This document shows positions 16,079-23,440 of a stretch of 24,000 nucleotides of DNA, piece after piece. How positions within the stretch are numbered: position 1 is the first letter of the stretch; each line of letters opens with the position of its first letter. A program made the position numbers and the translations under genes. Location of the stretch: assembly GCA_015067435.1 (NCBI GenBank), contig SVMM01000015.1, positions 2,868-26,867 on the forward strand. The letters are read 5' to 3'. The stretch is from Oscillospiraceae bacterium. GTDB taxonomy: Bacteria > Bacillota > Clostridia > Oscillospirales > Oscillospiraceae. The notes under the pieces were generated by a model, which saw only the letters and a list, made by a program, of their open reading frames with translations, did not search any database and was not told the DNA's origin.

Positions 16079-17776
16079 ATGCTGCAGCTGCTGCATATTG
16101 AGAATATTGCCATCATCGAGCGCGCGGACATTGCGTTCGCGCGCGGCTTTAACGCGCTCACCGGCGAGACCGGCGCGGGCAAATCCATCGTCATCGACTC
16201 CCTTGGCGCGGTGCTGGGGCAGCGCACCTCGCGCGACCTGATCCGCACCGGCGCGCCGAAGGCGTTCGTCAGCGCCGCGTTCGACGGCGTGGACGCGGGT
16301 ATACCGGCGCTGGCGGAGAACGGCGTCGCGCCGGAGGAGGACGGGACGCTGCTCCTGCAGCGCGAGCTGTACGGCGACGGGAAGAACGTCTGCCGCGTCA
16401 ACGGACGCCCGATCACGGTCGCGCAGCTCAGGGCGATCGGCGCGAGCCTGCTGAACATCCACGGCCAGCACGAGGGGACGCAGCTGCTCGACGAGACGCA
16501 GCATTTGACGTACCTCGACCGCTTCGGGCACATGGAGGAGCGGTTGGAGCGCTACGCGGCGGTCTACGACGCCATGCATGCGACGCGGCGTGAGATCGAC
16601 GCGCTGCGGATGGACGAGGCGGAAAAGGCGCGCCGCGTCGACACGCTGCGCCACCAGATCGCCGAGCTGGAGCGCGCGGAGCTGCGCGAGGGCGAGGAGG
16701 AAGCGCTGCTCGCGCGGCGCAACATCCTGCGCAACGGCGAGAAGTTCATCGCCGCCGTCACGGAGGCGGACGCCTGCCTGAACGGCGGGGAGGATACGCC
16801 GGGCGCGGCGGGCGCCATCAAGCAGGCGGAGGAGGCGCTGCGCGGCCTGCGCGCCTTCGGCGAGGAGTACGCCGCGCTCTGCGACCGGCTGGAGGCGCTC
16901 TACAGCGAGGCGTACGACCTTGCCTTGACCGTGCGCGACAAGCGCGAGGAGTTCGACTTTTCCCCGGCGGAGCTGGACGCGGTGGAGAGCCGCGCCGACC
17001 TTCTCTACCGCCTCAAAAAAAAGTACGGCGGCACGGTGGAGGAGATGCTGCAATATCTCGCGCGCTCGAAGGACGAGCTGGACCGCATCGAGTACGCGGA
17101 CGACCGCATCGCGCAGCTGGAAAAGAAATTGAAACAGCAGAGCGAAGCCGTCACGGCGGCGGCGCGGGAGCTTTCCGAGGCGCGCAGGGCCGCGGCGGAG
17201 ACGCTGGAGGCGGACATCCTGCGCGAGCTGCGGGAGCTGGATATGCCGAAGGTGCGCTTTGCCATCGACTTTGCGGAGAAGGAGCCGGACGCGACGGGCA
17301 TGGACGAGGTTCGCTTCCTCATGTCCGCCAACGTGGGCGAGGAATTGAAGCCCATCCACAAGATCGCCTCCGGCGGCGAGCTGGCGCGCATCATGCTGGC
17401 GCTCAAAAACGTGTTTGCCGCGCAGGAGAGCATCATGACGATGGTGTTCGACGAGGTCGACACCGGCGTGTCCGGACGGGCGGCGCAGCGCGTGGCGGAA
17501 AAGCTCGCGCGCGTGTCCCGCGAGAAGCAGGTGCTCTGTGTGACGCATCTGCCGCAGCTGGCTGCGATGGCGGACACGCACTTCTCGGTGGAAAAGGGCG
17601 AGGAGAACGGGCGCACCGTGACGCGCGTGACCGAGCTGGATCACGCCGCGCGGAAAAAAGAGCTGGCGCGGCTCACCGGCGGCGAGACGCCCAGCGAGAC
17701 GATGCTGCGCGGAGCGGAGGAGCTGCTTGCCGGCGCGGAGGCGTTCAAGGCCGCGCTGCGGGAGGGCGGCGTATGA
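16079..17776 (+). CDS. recN: DNA repair protein RecN
   Basis: 565 aa. Walker A GETGAGKS, a long coiled-coil middle, the ABC/SMC signature SGGELARIMLALK and Walker B MVFDEVDTG are all present. Confidence 0.95.
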   Translation: MLQLLHIENIAIIERADIAFARGFNALTGETGAGKSIVIDSLGAVLGQRTSRDLIRTGAPKAFVSAAFDGVDAGIPALAENGVAPEEDGTLLLQRELYGDGKNVCRVNGRPITVAQLRAIGASLLNIHGQHEGTQLLDETQHLTYLDRFGHMEERLERYAAVYDAMHATRREIDALRMDEAEKARRVDTLRHQIAELERAELREGEEEALLARRNILRNGEKFIAAVTEADACLNGGEDTPGAAGAIKQAEEALRGLRAFGEEYAALCDRLEALYSEAYDLALTVRDKREEFDFSPAELDAVESRADLLYRLKKKYGGTVEEMLQYLARSKDELDRIEYADDRIAQLEKKLKQQSEAVTAAARELSEARRAAAETLEADILRELRELDMPKVRFAIDFAEKEPDATGMDEVRFLMSANVGEELKPIHKIASGGELARIMLALKNVFAAQESIMTMVFDEVDTGVSGRAAQRVAEKLARVSREKQVLCVTHLPQLAAMADTHFSVEKGEENGRTVTRVTELDHAARKKELARLTGGETPSETMLRGAEELLAGAEAFKAALREGGV

Positions 17777-18717
17777 GCAAGTACGCGGACAAGCTCCTGC
17801 GGGACTTTCCCGTGCGCAACAAGGCGCAGGAGAAGGAGCGCTTCCGCCTTTGGCTGACGGGGGCGCTGCGGGAGATGGGATATCGCGCCGAGCTGCAAAG
17901 CCGGGAAACGGCGCTGCAAATCGGCGGGCGCGTGACCAACGTCGTCGCGGGAGACCCGGAGACGGCGAAGCTGATCTATGCCGCGCACTACGACACGCCG
18001 CTCAGGTCTCTGCTCCCGCCGCTCATCATGCCGACGCGCCCGCTGACGGCGCTGCTGTATCTGGCGGTGACGCCTGTGTGCGTCATGCTGGGGAGCTTTG
18101 TCCTCTCCTTTGCGCTGACCTTTGCCGTCAACGCGCCGCATCTGACGCTGCCGCTTTTTCTGCTGCTGCTGTTCGCGGCGCTGCTGTACCTGCGCTTCGG
18201 CCCCGCCGAGATGCGCAACGCCGCCGACAACACCTCCGGCGTCGCCGCGCTGCTGGAGACCGCCGCCGCGCTGACGCCGGGTTGCCGCGGAAGCGTCGCC
18301 CTCGTCTTCCTCGACGGCGGCTTCGGCGGCATGAGCGGAGCGAAGGCGTTCCGAAAAAAGTATCCGTCGGTGCGGGAGAAGCCGGTCGTCAACGTCAACT
18401 GCGTCGCGCGCGGCGACGAGCTGCTGCTGTTGCCCGGGAAATACGCCCGCTGGAACGGAGATGTGCTGGACGCGCTGCTGGAAAGCTTCGAGAGCGGTGA
18501 AAAGAAGACGGTCTTTCTCAAGACAGACGGGCTGGTGTATTATCCCTCCGACAACCGCGCGTTCCGGAACGGGATCGCCTTCTGCGCCTGCGAAAAGGTG
18601 TCCGGTTTTGGTAGACTGATTCGTCCAAGACGAGCTGAGTCGATTGACGACAGTAACATAACAATTATAAAGGATGGTTTATGTAAACTTCTGGAAAAGT
18701 ATTGTCCCGGGGCTTGA
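17773..18717 (+). CDS. M28-peptidase-like membrane protein (possibly non-catalytic)
   Basis: 314 aa. It has an ATGA overlap with the recN stop. The motifs AAHYDTP and ADNTSGVAALLE resemble M28 metal-ligand motifs, but they are separated by a ~70-aa hydrophobic (2-3 TM) insertion. The expected EE motif position reads LDGGFGG. Confidence 0.6.
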   Translation: MSKYADKLLRDFPVRNKAQEKERFRLWLTGALREMGYRAELQSRETALQIGGRVTNVVAGDPETAKLIYAAHYDTPLRSLLPPLIMPTRPLTALLYLAVTPVCVMLGSFVLSFALTFAVNAPHLTLPLFLLLLFAALLYLRFGPAEMRNAADNTSGVAALLETAAALTPGCRGSVALVFLDGGFGGMSGAKAFRKKYPSVREKPVVNVNCVARGDELLLLPGKYARWNGDVLDALLESFESGEKKTVFLKTDGLVYYPSDNRAFRNGIAFCACEKVSGFGRLIRPRRAESIDDSNITIIKDGLCKLLEKYCPGA

Positions 18718-18742
18718 CTTTTTGGGGAAGATTCGTTACAAT
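18714..18742 (+). promoter_or_regulatory. Sigma-A-type promoter of the tyrS leader
   Basis: TTGACT (18714-18719), a 17-nt spacer, then TACAAT (18737-18742). Confidence 0.6.
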
Positions 18743-18871
18743 ACGCCATACCGACAGCGATGAAGCGGAGAAGTAAGCGGAAGCGCCCTGCCAAGAGAGA
18801 CCCGGTGCGGTGGAACGGGGAGAGGGCGGCCGTTGAAATACACCGCGGAGCTGATACCCGAACGGCGAATG

Positions 18872-18910
18872 CAGCCATGTTTTGCGGTTGCCCCGCAGGG
18901 GCGAGCGAAA
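18872..18910. repeat. Left arm of a 39-bp inverted repeat inside the T-box leader (Stem II region)
   Basis: cagccatgttttgcggttgccccgcaggggcgagcgaaa is complementary to 19107-19145. I counted 35 Watson-Crick pairs, 3 G-U pairs and 1 mismatch by hand. The arm is itself a quasi-palindrome. Confidence 0.8.
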
Positions 18911-19106
18911 CGGCGGTCCAATGGCTGCATCAAACGGCAAAGGAATTGCCGTTTGATGACAAGCCCAGTAGGCGTTATCCGGGTGCGCCCGTTATCGCGC
19001 AGGAGTTTGCAGGAACTCCGTGAGGCCGCCCCCGTGAGGAGGCGGCGAACCAGAGGTGGTACCGCGACATATGCAGTCAGCCACTGGCTGCATATGATGA
19101 TCGTCA

Positions 19107-19145
19107 TTTCGCTTGCCCCTGCGGGGCAACCGCGAAATATGACTG
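19107..19145. repeat. Right arm of the 39-bp inverted repeat, inside the antiterminator apical insertion
   Basis: tttcgcttgcccctgcggggcaaccgcgaaatatgactg is the reverse complement of 18872-18910, apart from one mismatch and three wobble positions. Confidence 0.8.
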
Positions 19146-19151
19146 ATTTCG

Positions 19152-19190
19152 CCCTCTGTCCTACCAAAACGGGGCAGGGGGATTTTCTTT
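19152..19190 (+). terminator. T-box-controlled intrinsic terminator
   Basis: A 10-bp stem ccctctgtcc (19152-19161) / gggcaggggg (19172-19181) is followed by TTTTCTTT (19183-19190). Its 5' strand overlaps the 3' strand of the antiterminator. Confidence 0.7.
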
Positions 19191-19219
19191 GCCCAAGACG
19201 ACAAAAGGAGACGATCAAT

Positions 19220-20443
19220 ATGGGAATCTACGAAGAACTCAAGGCGCGCGGCCTGATCGCACAGGTGACGAACGAGGATGAGATCCGCGAGATGATAAAC
19301 GCCGGCAAGGCGACGTTCTACATCGGCTTCGACTGCACGGCGGACAGCCTGACCGCGGGTCACTTCATGGCGCTGACGCTGATGAAGCGTTTGCAGCAGG
19401 CGGGCAACAAGCCCATCGCGCTCATCGGCGGCGGCACGACGATGATCGGAGACCCGTCGGGCCGCACGGACATGCGCAAGATGCTGACAAAAGAGGACAT
19501 CGAGCACAATGCCGAGTGCTTCAAACGCCAGATGGAGCGCTTCATCGAGTTTGGCCCTGGCAAGGCGATGATGCTTAACAATGCCGAGTGGCTGCTCAGC
19601 CTCAACTATGTCGAGCTGCTGCGCGAGGTCGGCGCGTGCTTCTCGGTGAACAACATGCTGCGCGCCGAGTGCTACAGGCAGCGCATGGAGAAGGGCCTCT
19701 CGTTCCTTGAATTCAACTACATGATCATGCAGTCCTACGACTTCTACTACATGTTCCAGCATTACGGCTGCAACATGCAGTTCGGCGGCGACGACCAGTG
19801 GTCGAACATGCTCGGCGGCACGGAGCTCATCCGCCGCAAGCTCGGCAAGGACGCGCACGCGATGACCATCACGCTGCTCACCGACGCCAACGGCAAGAAG
19901 ATGGGCAAGACCGCGGGCAACGCCGTCTGGCTCGACCCGAACAAGACCAGCCCCTACGACTTTTACCAGTACTGGCGCAACGTCGACGACGCCGACGTGA
20001 TGAAGTGCATCCGGATGCTGACCTTCCTGCCGCTGGAGCAGATCGACGAGATGGACAAGTGGGAGGGCAGCGAGCTCAACCGCGCCAAGGAGGTGCTTGC
20101 CTTCGAGCTCACCAAGCTCGTTCACGGCGAAGAGGAGGCGAACAAGGCGCAGGAGAGCGCCAAGGCGCTTTTCGGCGGCGGCGGCAGCATGGAGAACGTA
20201 CCGGCCACGACGCTCGCCGACGCCGACCTCACCGACGGCAAGATCGACATTTTGAGCCTGCTGGTCAAGACCGGCCTGTGCCCGTCCCGCGGCGAGGCGC
20301 GCCGCCTCGTCCAGCAGGGCGGCGTCACGGTGGACGACCAAAAGGTCGCGTCCATCGACGAGAGCTATGACAAAAATCGTCTCACGGGTGATGGACTTAT
20401 GATTAAGAAAGGCAAGAAAGTCTATCACAAAGTGACGATGTAA
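19220..20443 (+). CDS. tyrS: Tyrosine--tRNA ligase
   Basis: The RBS aaaggag favours ATG 19220 (407 aa). The N-terminus is MGIYEELKARGLIAQVT. It has the class I motifs DCTADSLTAGH and KMGKT (KMSKS-like) and a C-terminal S4 domain (SRGEARRLVQQGGVTVDD). The 129 aa upstream in the ORF track are the T-box leader. Confidence 0.95.
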   Translation: MGIYEELKARGLIAQVTNEDEIREMINAGKATFYIGFDCTADSLTAGHFMALTLMKRLQQAGNKPIALIGGGTTMIGDPSGRTDMRKMLTKEDIEHNAECFKRQMERFIEFGPGKAMMLNNAEWLLSLNYVELLREVGACFSVNNMLRAECYRQRMEKGLSFLEFNYMIMQSYDFYYMFQHYGCNMQFGGDDQWSNMLGGTELIRRKLGKDAHAMTITLLTDANGKKMGKTAGNAVWLDPNKTSPYDFYQYWRNVDDADVMKCIRMLTFLPLEQIDEMDKWEGSELNRAKEVLAFELTKLVHGEEEANKAQESAKALFGGGGSMENVPATTLADADLTDGKIDILSLLVKTGLCPSRGEARRLVQQGGVTVDDQKVASIDESYDKNRLTGDGLMIKKGKKVYHKVTM

Positions 20444-20447
20444 GCAT

Positions 20448-20487
20448 AAAGAAAGAGCGGCGCCGCCGCTCTTTCTTTTTTGCTTTT
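20448..20487. terminator. Bidirectional intrinsic terminator between tyrS and fprA
   Basis: A 14-bp perfect stem aaagaaagagcggc (20448-20461) / gccgctctttcttt (20465-20478) with a 3-nt loop is flanked by A-rich sequence upstream and T-runs downstream. Confidence 0.8.
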
Positions 20488-20502
20488 TGACCCCGTTTTG
20501 TC

Positions 20503-21666
20503 TTACGCAAGCTCCTTTGCCAAGGCATCAAGCTGTGCGCGGGAGTCATCCGTGAGAGCCGCAACTACTTTGACAGAAACATCCGTAAAGGTAATATCCT
20601 TGCATCCTTCGAGCATGGAGCGCATTCCCCTTGCCGCCGCCGGCGCCCACGAGCCGTTCTCGACGAAAGCGACCGTGCGCTTCTGATAACCGCGCTCGAC
20701 CAAATGCTCGATGAACTCGCGCATGATGGGGAACACGCCGCCGTTGTAGGTCGTCGTGCACAGCACCAGCTTGCTGTGGCGGAACGCGTCCTCAACGTTC
20801 TCATACATGTCGCTGCGGGCGAGGTCGGTGACGACGACGCGCTGCACGCCGTTCTCCCTGAGCTTGTCCGCAAGATATTCCGCCGCCGCGCGCGTGTGGC
20901 CGTAGACCGTCGTGTACGCAACGACGACGCCCTCGGTTTCCACGCCGTAGCTCGACCAGGTGTTGTACGTGTTCAGGTAATAGTCGATGTTCTCGGTCAG
21001 CACGGGGCCGTGCAGGGAGCAAATGACCTTGATCTCCCTGTCCGCGAGCTTTTTCAGCACGCCCTGCACCTGTGCGCCGAACTTGCCGACGATGCCGAAG
21101 TAGTAGCGCCGCGCCTCGCACGCCCAGCCCTCCGGATCGTCGTAATCCTGCGCGCCGAACTTGCCGAAGGCGTCGGCGGAGAAAAGCACCTTGTCGGCGC
21201 TGTCGTAGGTCATGATGACCTCCGGCCAGTGCACCATCGGCGCGGTGAAGAACGTGAGCGTGTGCTTGCCCAGCACCAGCGCCGCGCCGTCGGCGGCGAC
21301 GATGCGGCGGTCGGCGTAATCCGTGCCGTAGAAGTTGGCGATCAGCTTGAACGCCTGCTGCGAGGCGACGATCGTCGCGTCCGGATACCTGTCCATGAAC
21401 GCGGTGATGTTGGCGCTGTGATCCGGCTCGACGTGCTGCACGACGAGGTAGTCCGGCGTGCGTCCGCCGAGCGCGGCGTCGAGCTTGCCGAGCCATTCCG
21501 CGCCGAAGTTTACCTCGACGGTGTCCATGACGGCGATCTTTTCGTCAAGGATCACATAGCTGTTGTACGCCATGCCGTTGGGCACGTCGTACAGCCCCTC
21601 AAAGAGGTCGATGTTGTGGTCGTCCACGCCGATGTACTTGATGTCGTTGGTAACGGTGATCTCCAT
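20503..21666 (-). CDS. FprA-type flavodiiron protein (O2/NO reductase)
   Basis: 387 aa. It has a metallo-beta-lactamase-like domain with the diiron motif HVEPDHSANI and a C-terminal flavodoxin-like domain (VVVAYTTVYGHTRAAAEYLA). Confidence 0.9.
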   Translation of the reverse strand: MEITVTNDIKYIGVDDHNIDLFEGLYDVPNGMAYNSYVILDEKIAVMDTVEVNFGAEWLGKLDAALGGRTPDYLVVQHVEPDHSANITAFMDRYPDATIVASQQAFKLIANFYGTDYADRRIVAADGAALVLGKHTLTFFTAPMVHWPEVIMTYDSADKVLFSADAFGKFGAQDYDDPEGWACEARRYYFGIVGKFGAQVQGVLKKLADREIKVICSLHGPVLTENIDYYLNTYNTWSSYGVETEGVVVAYTTVYGHTRAAAEYLADKLRENGVQRVVVTDLARSDMYENVEDAFRHSKLVLCTTTYNGGVFPIMREFIEHLVERGYQKRTVAFVENGSWAPAAARGMRSMLEGCKDITFTDVSVKVVAALTDDSRAQLDALAKELA

Positions 21667-21702
21667 ATGACTGCCTCCGTAACGGTAGATTTTAACTTAA
21701 TA

Positions 21703-21730
21703 ATTCTATCACATTTCGCCCGAAAATCAA
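21703..21730 (-). promoter_or_regulatory. Candidate sigma-A promoter for fprA
   Basis: Read on the minus strand: TTGATT (21730..21725), a 16-nt spacer, then TAGAAT (21708..21703), in an AT-rich intergenic patch. Confidence 0.4.
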
Positions 21731-21736
21731 CCGCTG

Positions 21737-22360
21737 TCAGAGCAATTCGCCGAGGCTGCGCACAAAGCGGTCGCACGCGGCGGGCATGTCCGCCTCCACG
21801 TCGGCGAACACGGCGTCGTAGACGCCGATGACGGAAAGCCCCGCCTCCTTCGCCGCGCGGCAGGAGCGCACCGAGTCGTCCAGCAGGACGCATTCCTCCG
21901 GCGCGACGCCCAAAATCTCCGCGGCGCGGCGGAATGCGCCGGGGGAGGATTTGTTGACGCCGAGGTCATGGGCGTAGACGACGCGCTCGAAAAACGGCGT
22001 GAGGCCGTGGACGGCGAGCGCGGTGTCGCAGTGCTCCGGCACGGCGCTGGTGAAGACCGCCAGACGTTCCCCGTCCGCGCGCAGCTTCATCAGCAGCTCG
22101 CGCGCAAAGGGCTTGAGCGCGACGTGGGCGTAGCTGTCCTTCGCCAGCGCCATCCACTCCGCCATGATGTCCTCGCAGCTCTCTTCCGAATGGCAGTATT
22201 CCTTTGTGAATTCGGCGGCGAGCGGGAAGATCATGTGCGCCATGCCGTCGCGGTATTCCTTCGTGTAGGGGAAGCCGCGGCGCGAGAGGAACGTGCGGTC
22301 GACTTCAGACCAGATGCCGTTGGAATCAATGAGCGTTCCGTCGAGGTCAAAGAGGTACAT
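21737..22360 (-). CDS. HAD-superfamily hydrolase (phosphatase-like)
   Basis: The internal ATG at 22360 is preceded by a ggag RBS and gives 207 aa starting MYLFDLDGTLIDS (HAD motif I DxDGT). LLDDS near the C-terminus is motif-IV-like. The upstream 34 codons of the ORF-track call are unsupported. Confidence 0.8.
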   Translation of the reverse strand: MYLFDLDGTLIDSNGIWSEVDRTFLSRRGFPYTKEYRDGMAHMIFPLAAEFTKEYCHSEESCEDIMAEWMALAKDSYAHVALKPFARELLMKLRADGERLAVFTSAVPEHCDTALAVHGLTPFFERVVYAHDLGVNKSSPGAFRRAAEILGVAPEECVLLDDSVRSCRAAKEAGLSVIGVYDAVFADVEADMPAACDRFVRSLGELL

Positions 22361-22464
22361 TTCAGCGCTCCGTTTCTTTTTTCTCGGTGGGGGACTTGCG
22401 GAAACGAAAAGAATTTGATAGGATACAAGCTGGATTTTAACATGAATTTGACGGGTGGGCAAGT

Positions 22465-23370
22465 ATGAATCGGAAAATGAAGCAGATCGTTCTGCCCCTG
22501 CTGACGGCGCTGATCTGGGGCTCCGCCTTCGTCGCGCAGAAGAGCGGCGGGGAGGTGCTTGGCGCCTTATCTTTTAACTGGACGCGGTATCTGCTGGCGT
22601 CATTGGCGCTGACGGTACTCGTCACCGTCCGCGCCAGACGCGGAGGGGCGTCTGTGCCGCGCCCGGGCGCGGAGCGGAACGCCCTGCTGCGCGGCGGCGC
22701 GGTCATCGGAACGCTGCTGATGATCTCGTCGTATTTGCAGCAGTATGGCGTATCCCTGACGACGGCGGGGAAAGCGGGATTCATCACAGCGCTCTACATC
22801 GTGATCGTGCCGCTGCTGGGACTGCTGTTCGGCAAGCGCGTGCGGCCGGTCGTGTGGTGCGGCGTCGGCGTGGCGGTGGCGGGATTGTACTTTTTGAGCT
22901 TTGCCGCCGGGGGCGTGCCGGTGTTCAGCACCGGCGATCTGCTTGTCATTGCCTGCGCGTTCGGCTTTTCCTTCCACATCCTTGCCGTCGACCACTATAC
23001 GAAGCTGGCGGACGGCGTGATGCTGTCCTGCATTCAGTTTGCCGTCGCGGCGGCGGAATCGCTGGTGTTGGCTTTGGTGTTCGAGGGCTTTCCCGTGCGC
23101 GCGATTGCGGCGGCGCTGCCGTTTATCCTCTACGCCGGTCTCCTTTCGGGCGGCGTGGGCTACACGCTCCAGATCGTGGCGCAGAAGGACGGCGACCCGA
23201 CGGTGGTCTCGCTGCTGCTGAGCCTGGAGGCGTTTTTCGCAGTGGTCAGCGGTGCGATTTTGCTGCACGAACGGCTCACGCCGCGGGAGTATCTCGGATG
23301 CGCGCTGATGCTCTGCGCCGTGGTGCTGGTGCAGCTGCCGGAGAAAAAGAGCGGCGCAACATTGACCTGA
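22465..23370 (+). CDS. EamA/DMT-family transporter
   Basis: 301 aa and about 10 TM helices. The N-terminus LLTALIWGSAFVAQK is typical of EamA domains, and the two-repeat architecture fits the family. Confidence 0.85.
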   Translation: MNRKMKQIVLPLLTALIWGSAFVAQKSGGEVLGALSFNWTRYLLASLALTVLVTVRARRGGASVPRPGAERNALLRGGAVIGTLLMISSYLQQYGVSLTTAGKAGFITALYIVIVPLLGLLFGKRVRPVVWCGVGVAVAGLYFLSFAAGGVPVFSTGDLLVIACAFGFSFHILAVDHYTKLADGVMLSCIQFAVAAAESLVLALVFEGFPVRAIAAALPFILYAGLLSGGVGYTLQIVAQKDGDPTVVSLLLSLEAFFAVVSGAILLHERLTPREYLGCALMLCAVVLVQLPEKKSGATLT

Positions 23371-23440
23371 GCGGAAATTAATGATATAATCATCCGAACG
23401 GCCTCCGGAAGGCCGCTATCACAAAAGATGGGAAACGACT

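Larger units (their letters stand above)
18750..19192 (+). promoter_or_regulatory. T-box riboswitch leader with tyrosine specificity; unusually long (~440 nt)
   Basis: Stem I has a GA-motif (gatga 18759-18763 / ctga 18851-18854), an AGAGA box (18794-18800) and a specifier loop gaaa-UAC-a with UAC at 18839-18841. CCGTTA F-box-like sequences lie near 18990. The T-box agaGGTGGTACCGCG is at 19052-19066, and its UGGU bulge is complementary to the ACCA acceptor end. Antiterminator pairs are 19051-19056:19153-19158 and 19064-19067:19149-19152. A competing terminator follows. Confidence 0.85.

Noticed and set aside
15818-17644. 608-aa minus-strand ORF antisense to recN
   Set aside because: It is a GC-driven antisense ORF rich in Arg/Leu/Ala/His and lacking any family signature. 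The recN frame carries Walker A/B and the SMC signature.
18872-19145. Interpreting the 39-bp terminal inverted repeats as a MITE or IS remnant
   Set aside because: The functional T-box sequence and Stem III lie between the arms. No target-site duplication is evident and no transposase is nearby. I kept it as a finding rather than a mobile-element call. Only a genome-wide copy count could settle it.
18833-19219. 129-aa N-terminal extension of the tyrS ORF in the six-frame track
   Set aside because: The region contains the T-box specifier loop, the T-box sequence and a terminator. TyrS homology and a good RBS begin at ATG 19220.
18992-20428. 478-aa minus-strand ORF antisense to tyrS; also the 8227..9072 (minus), 11935..13272 (minus), 13494..14723 (minus) and 20704..21831 (plus) antisense ORFs
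   Set aside because: These all follow the same pattern. They have low-complexity Arg/Ala/Leu-rich translations opposite strongly supported housekeeping genes.
23396-23420. Hairpin cggcct-ccgga-aggccg between the EamA gene and the tagA-like gene, as a possible terminator
   Set aside because: It has only a 6-bp stem and no downstream U-tract, so it cannot be supported as an intrinsic terminator.
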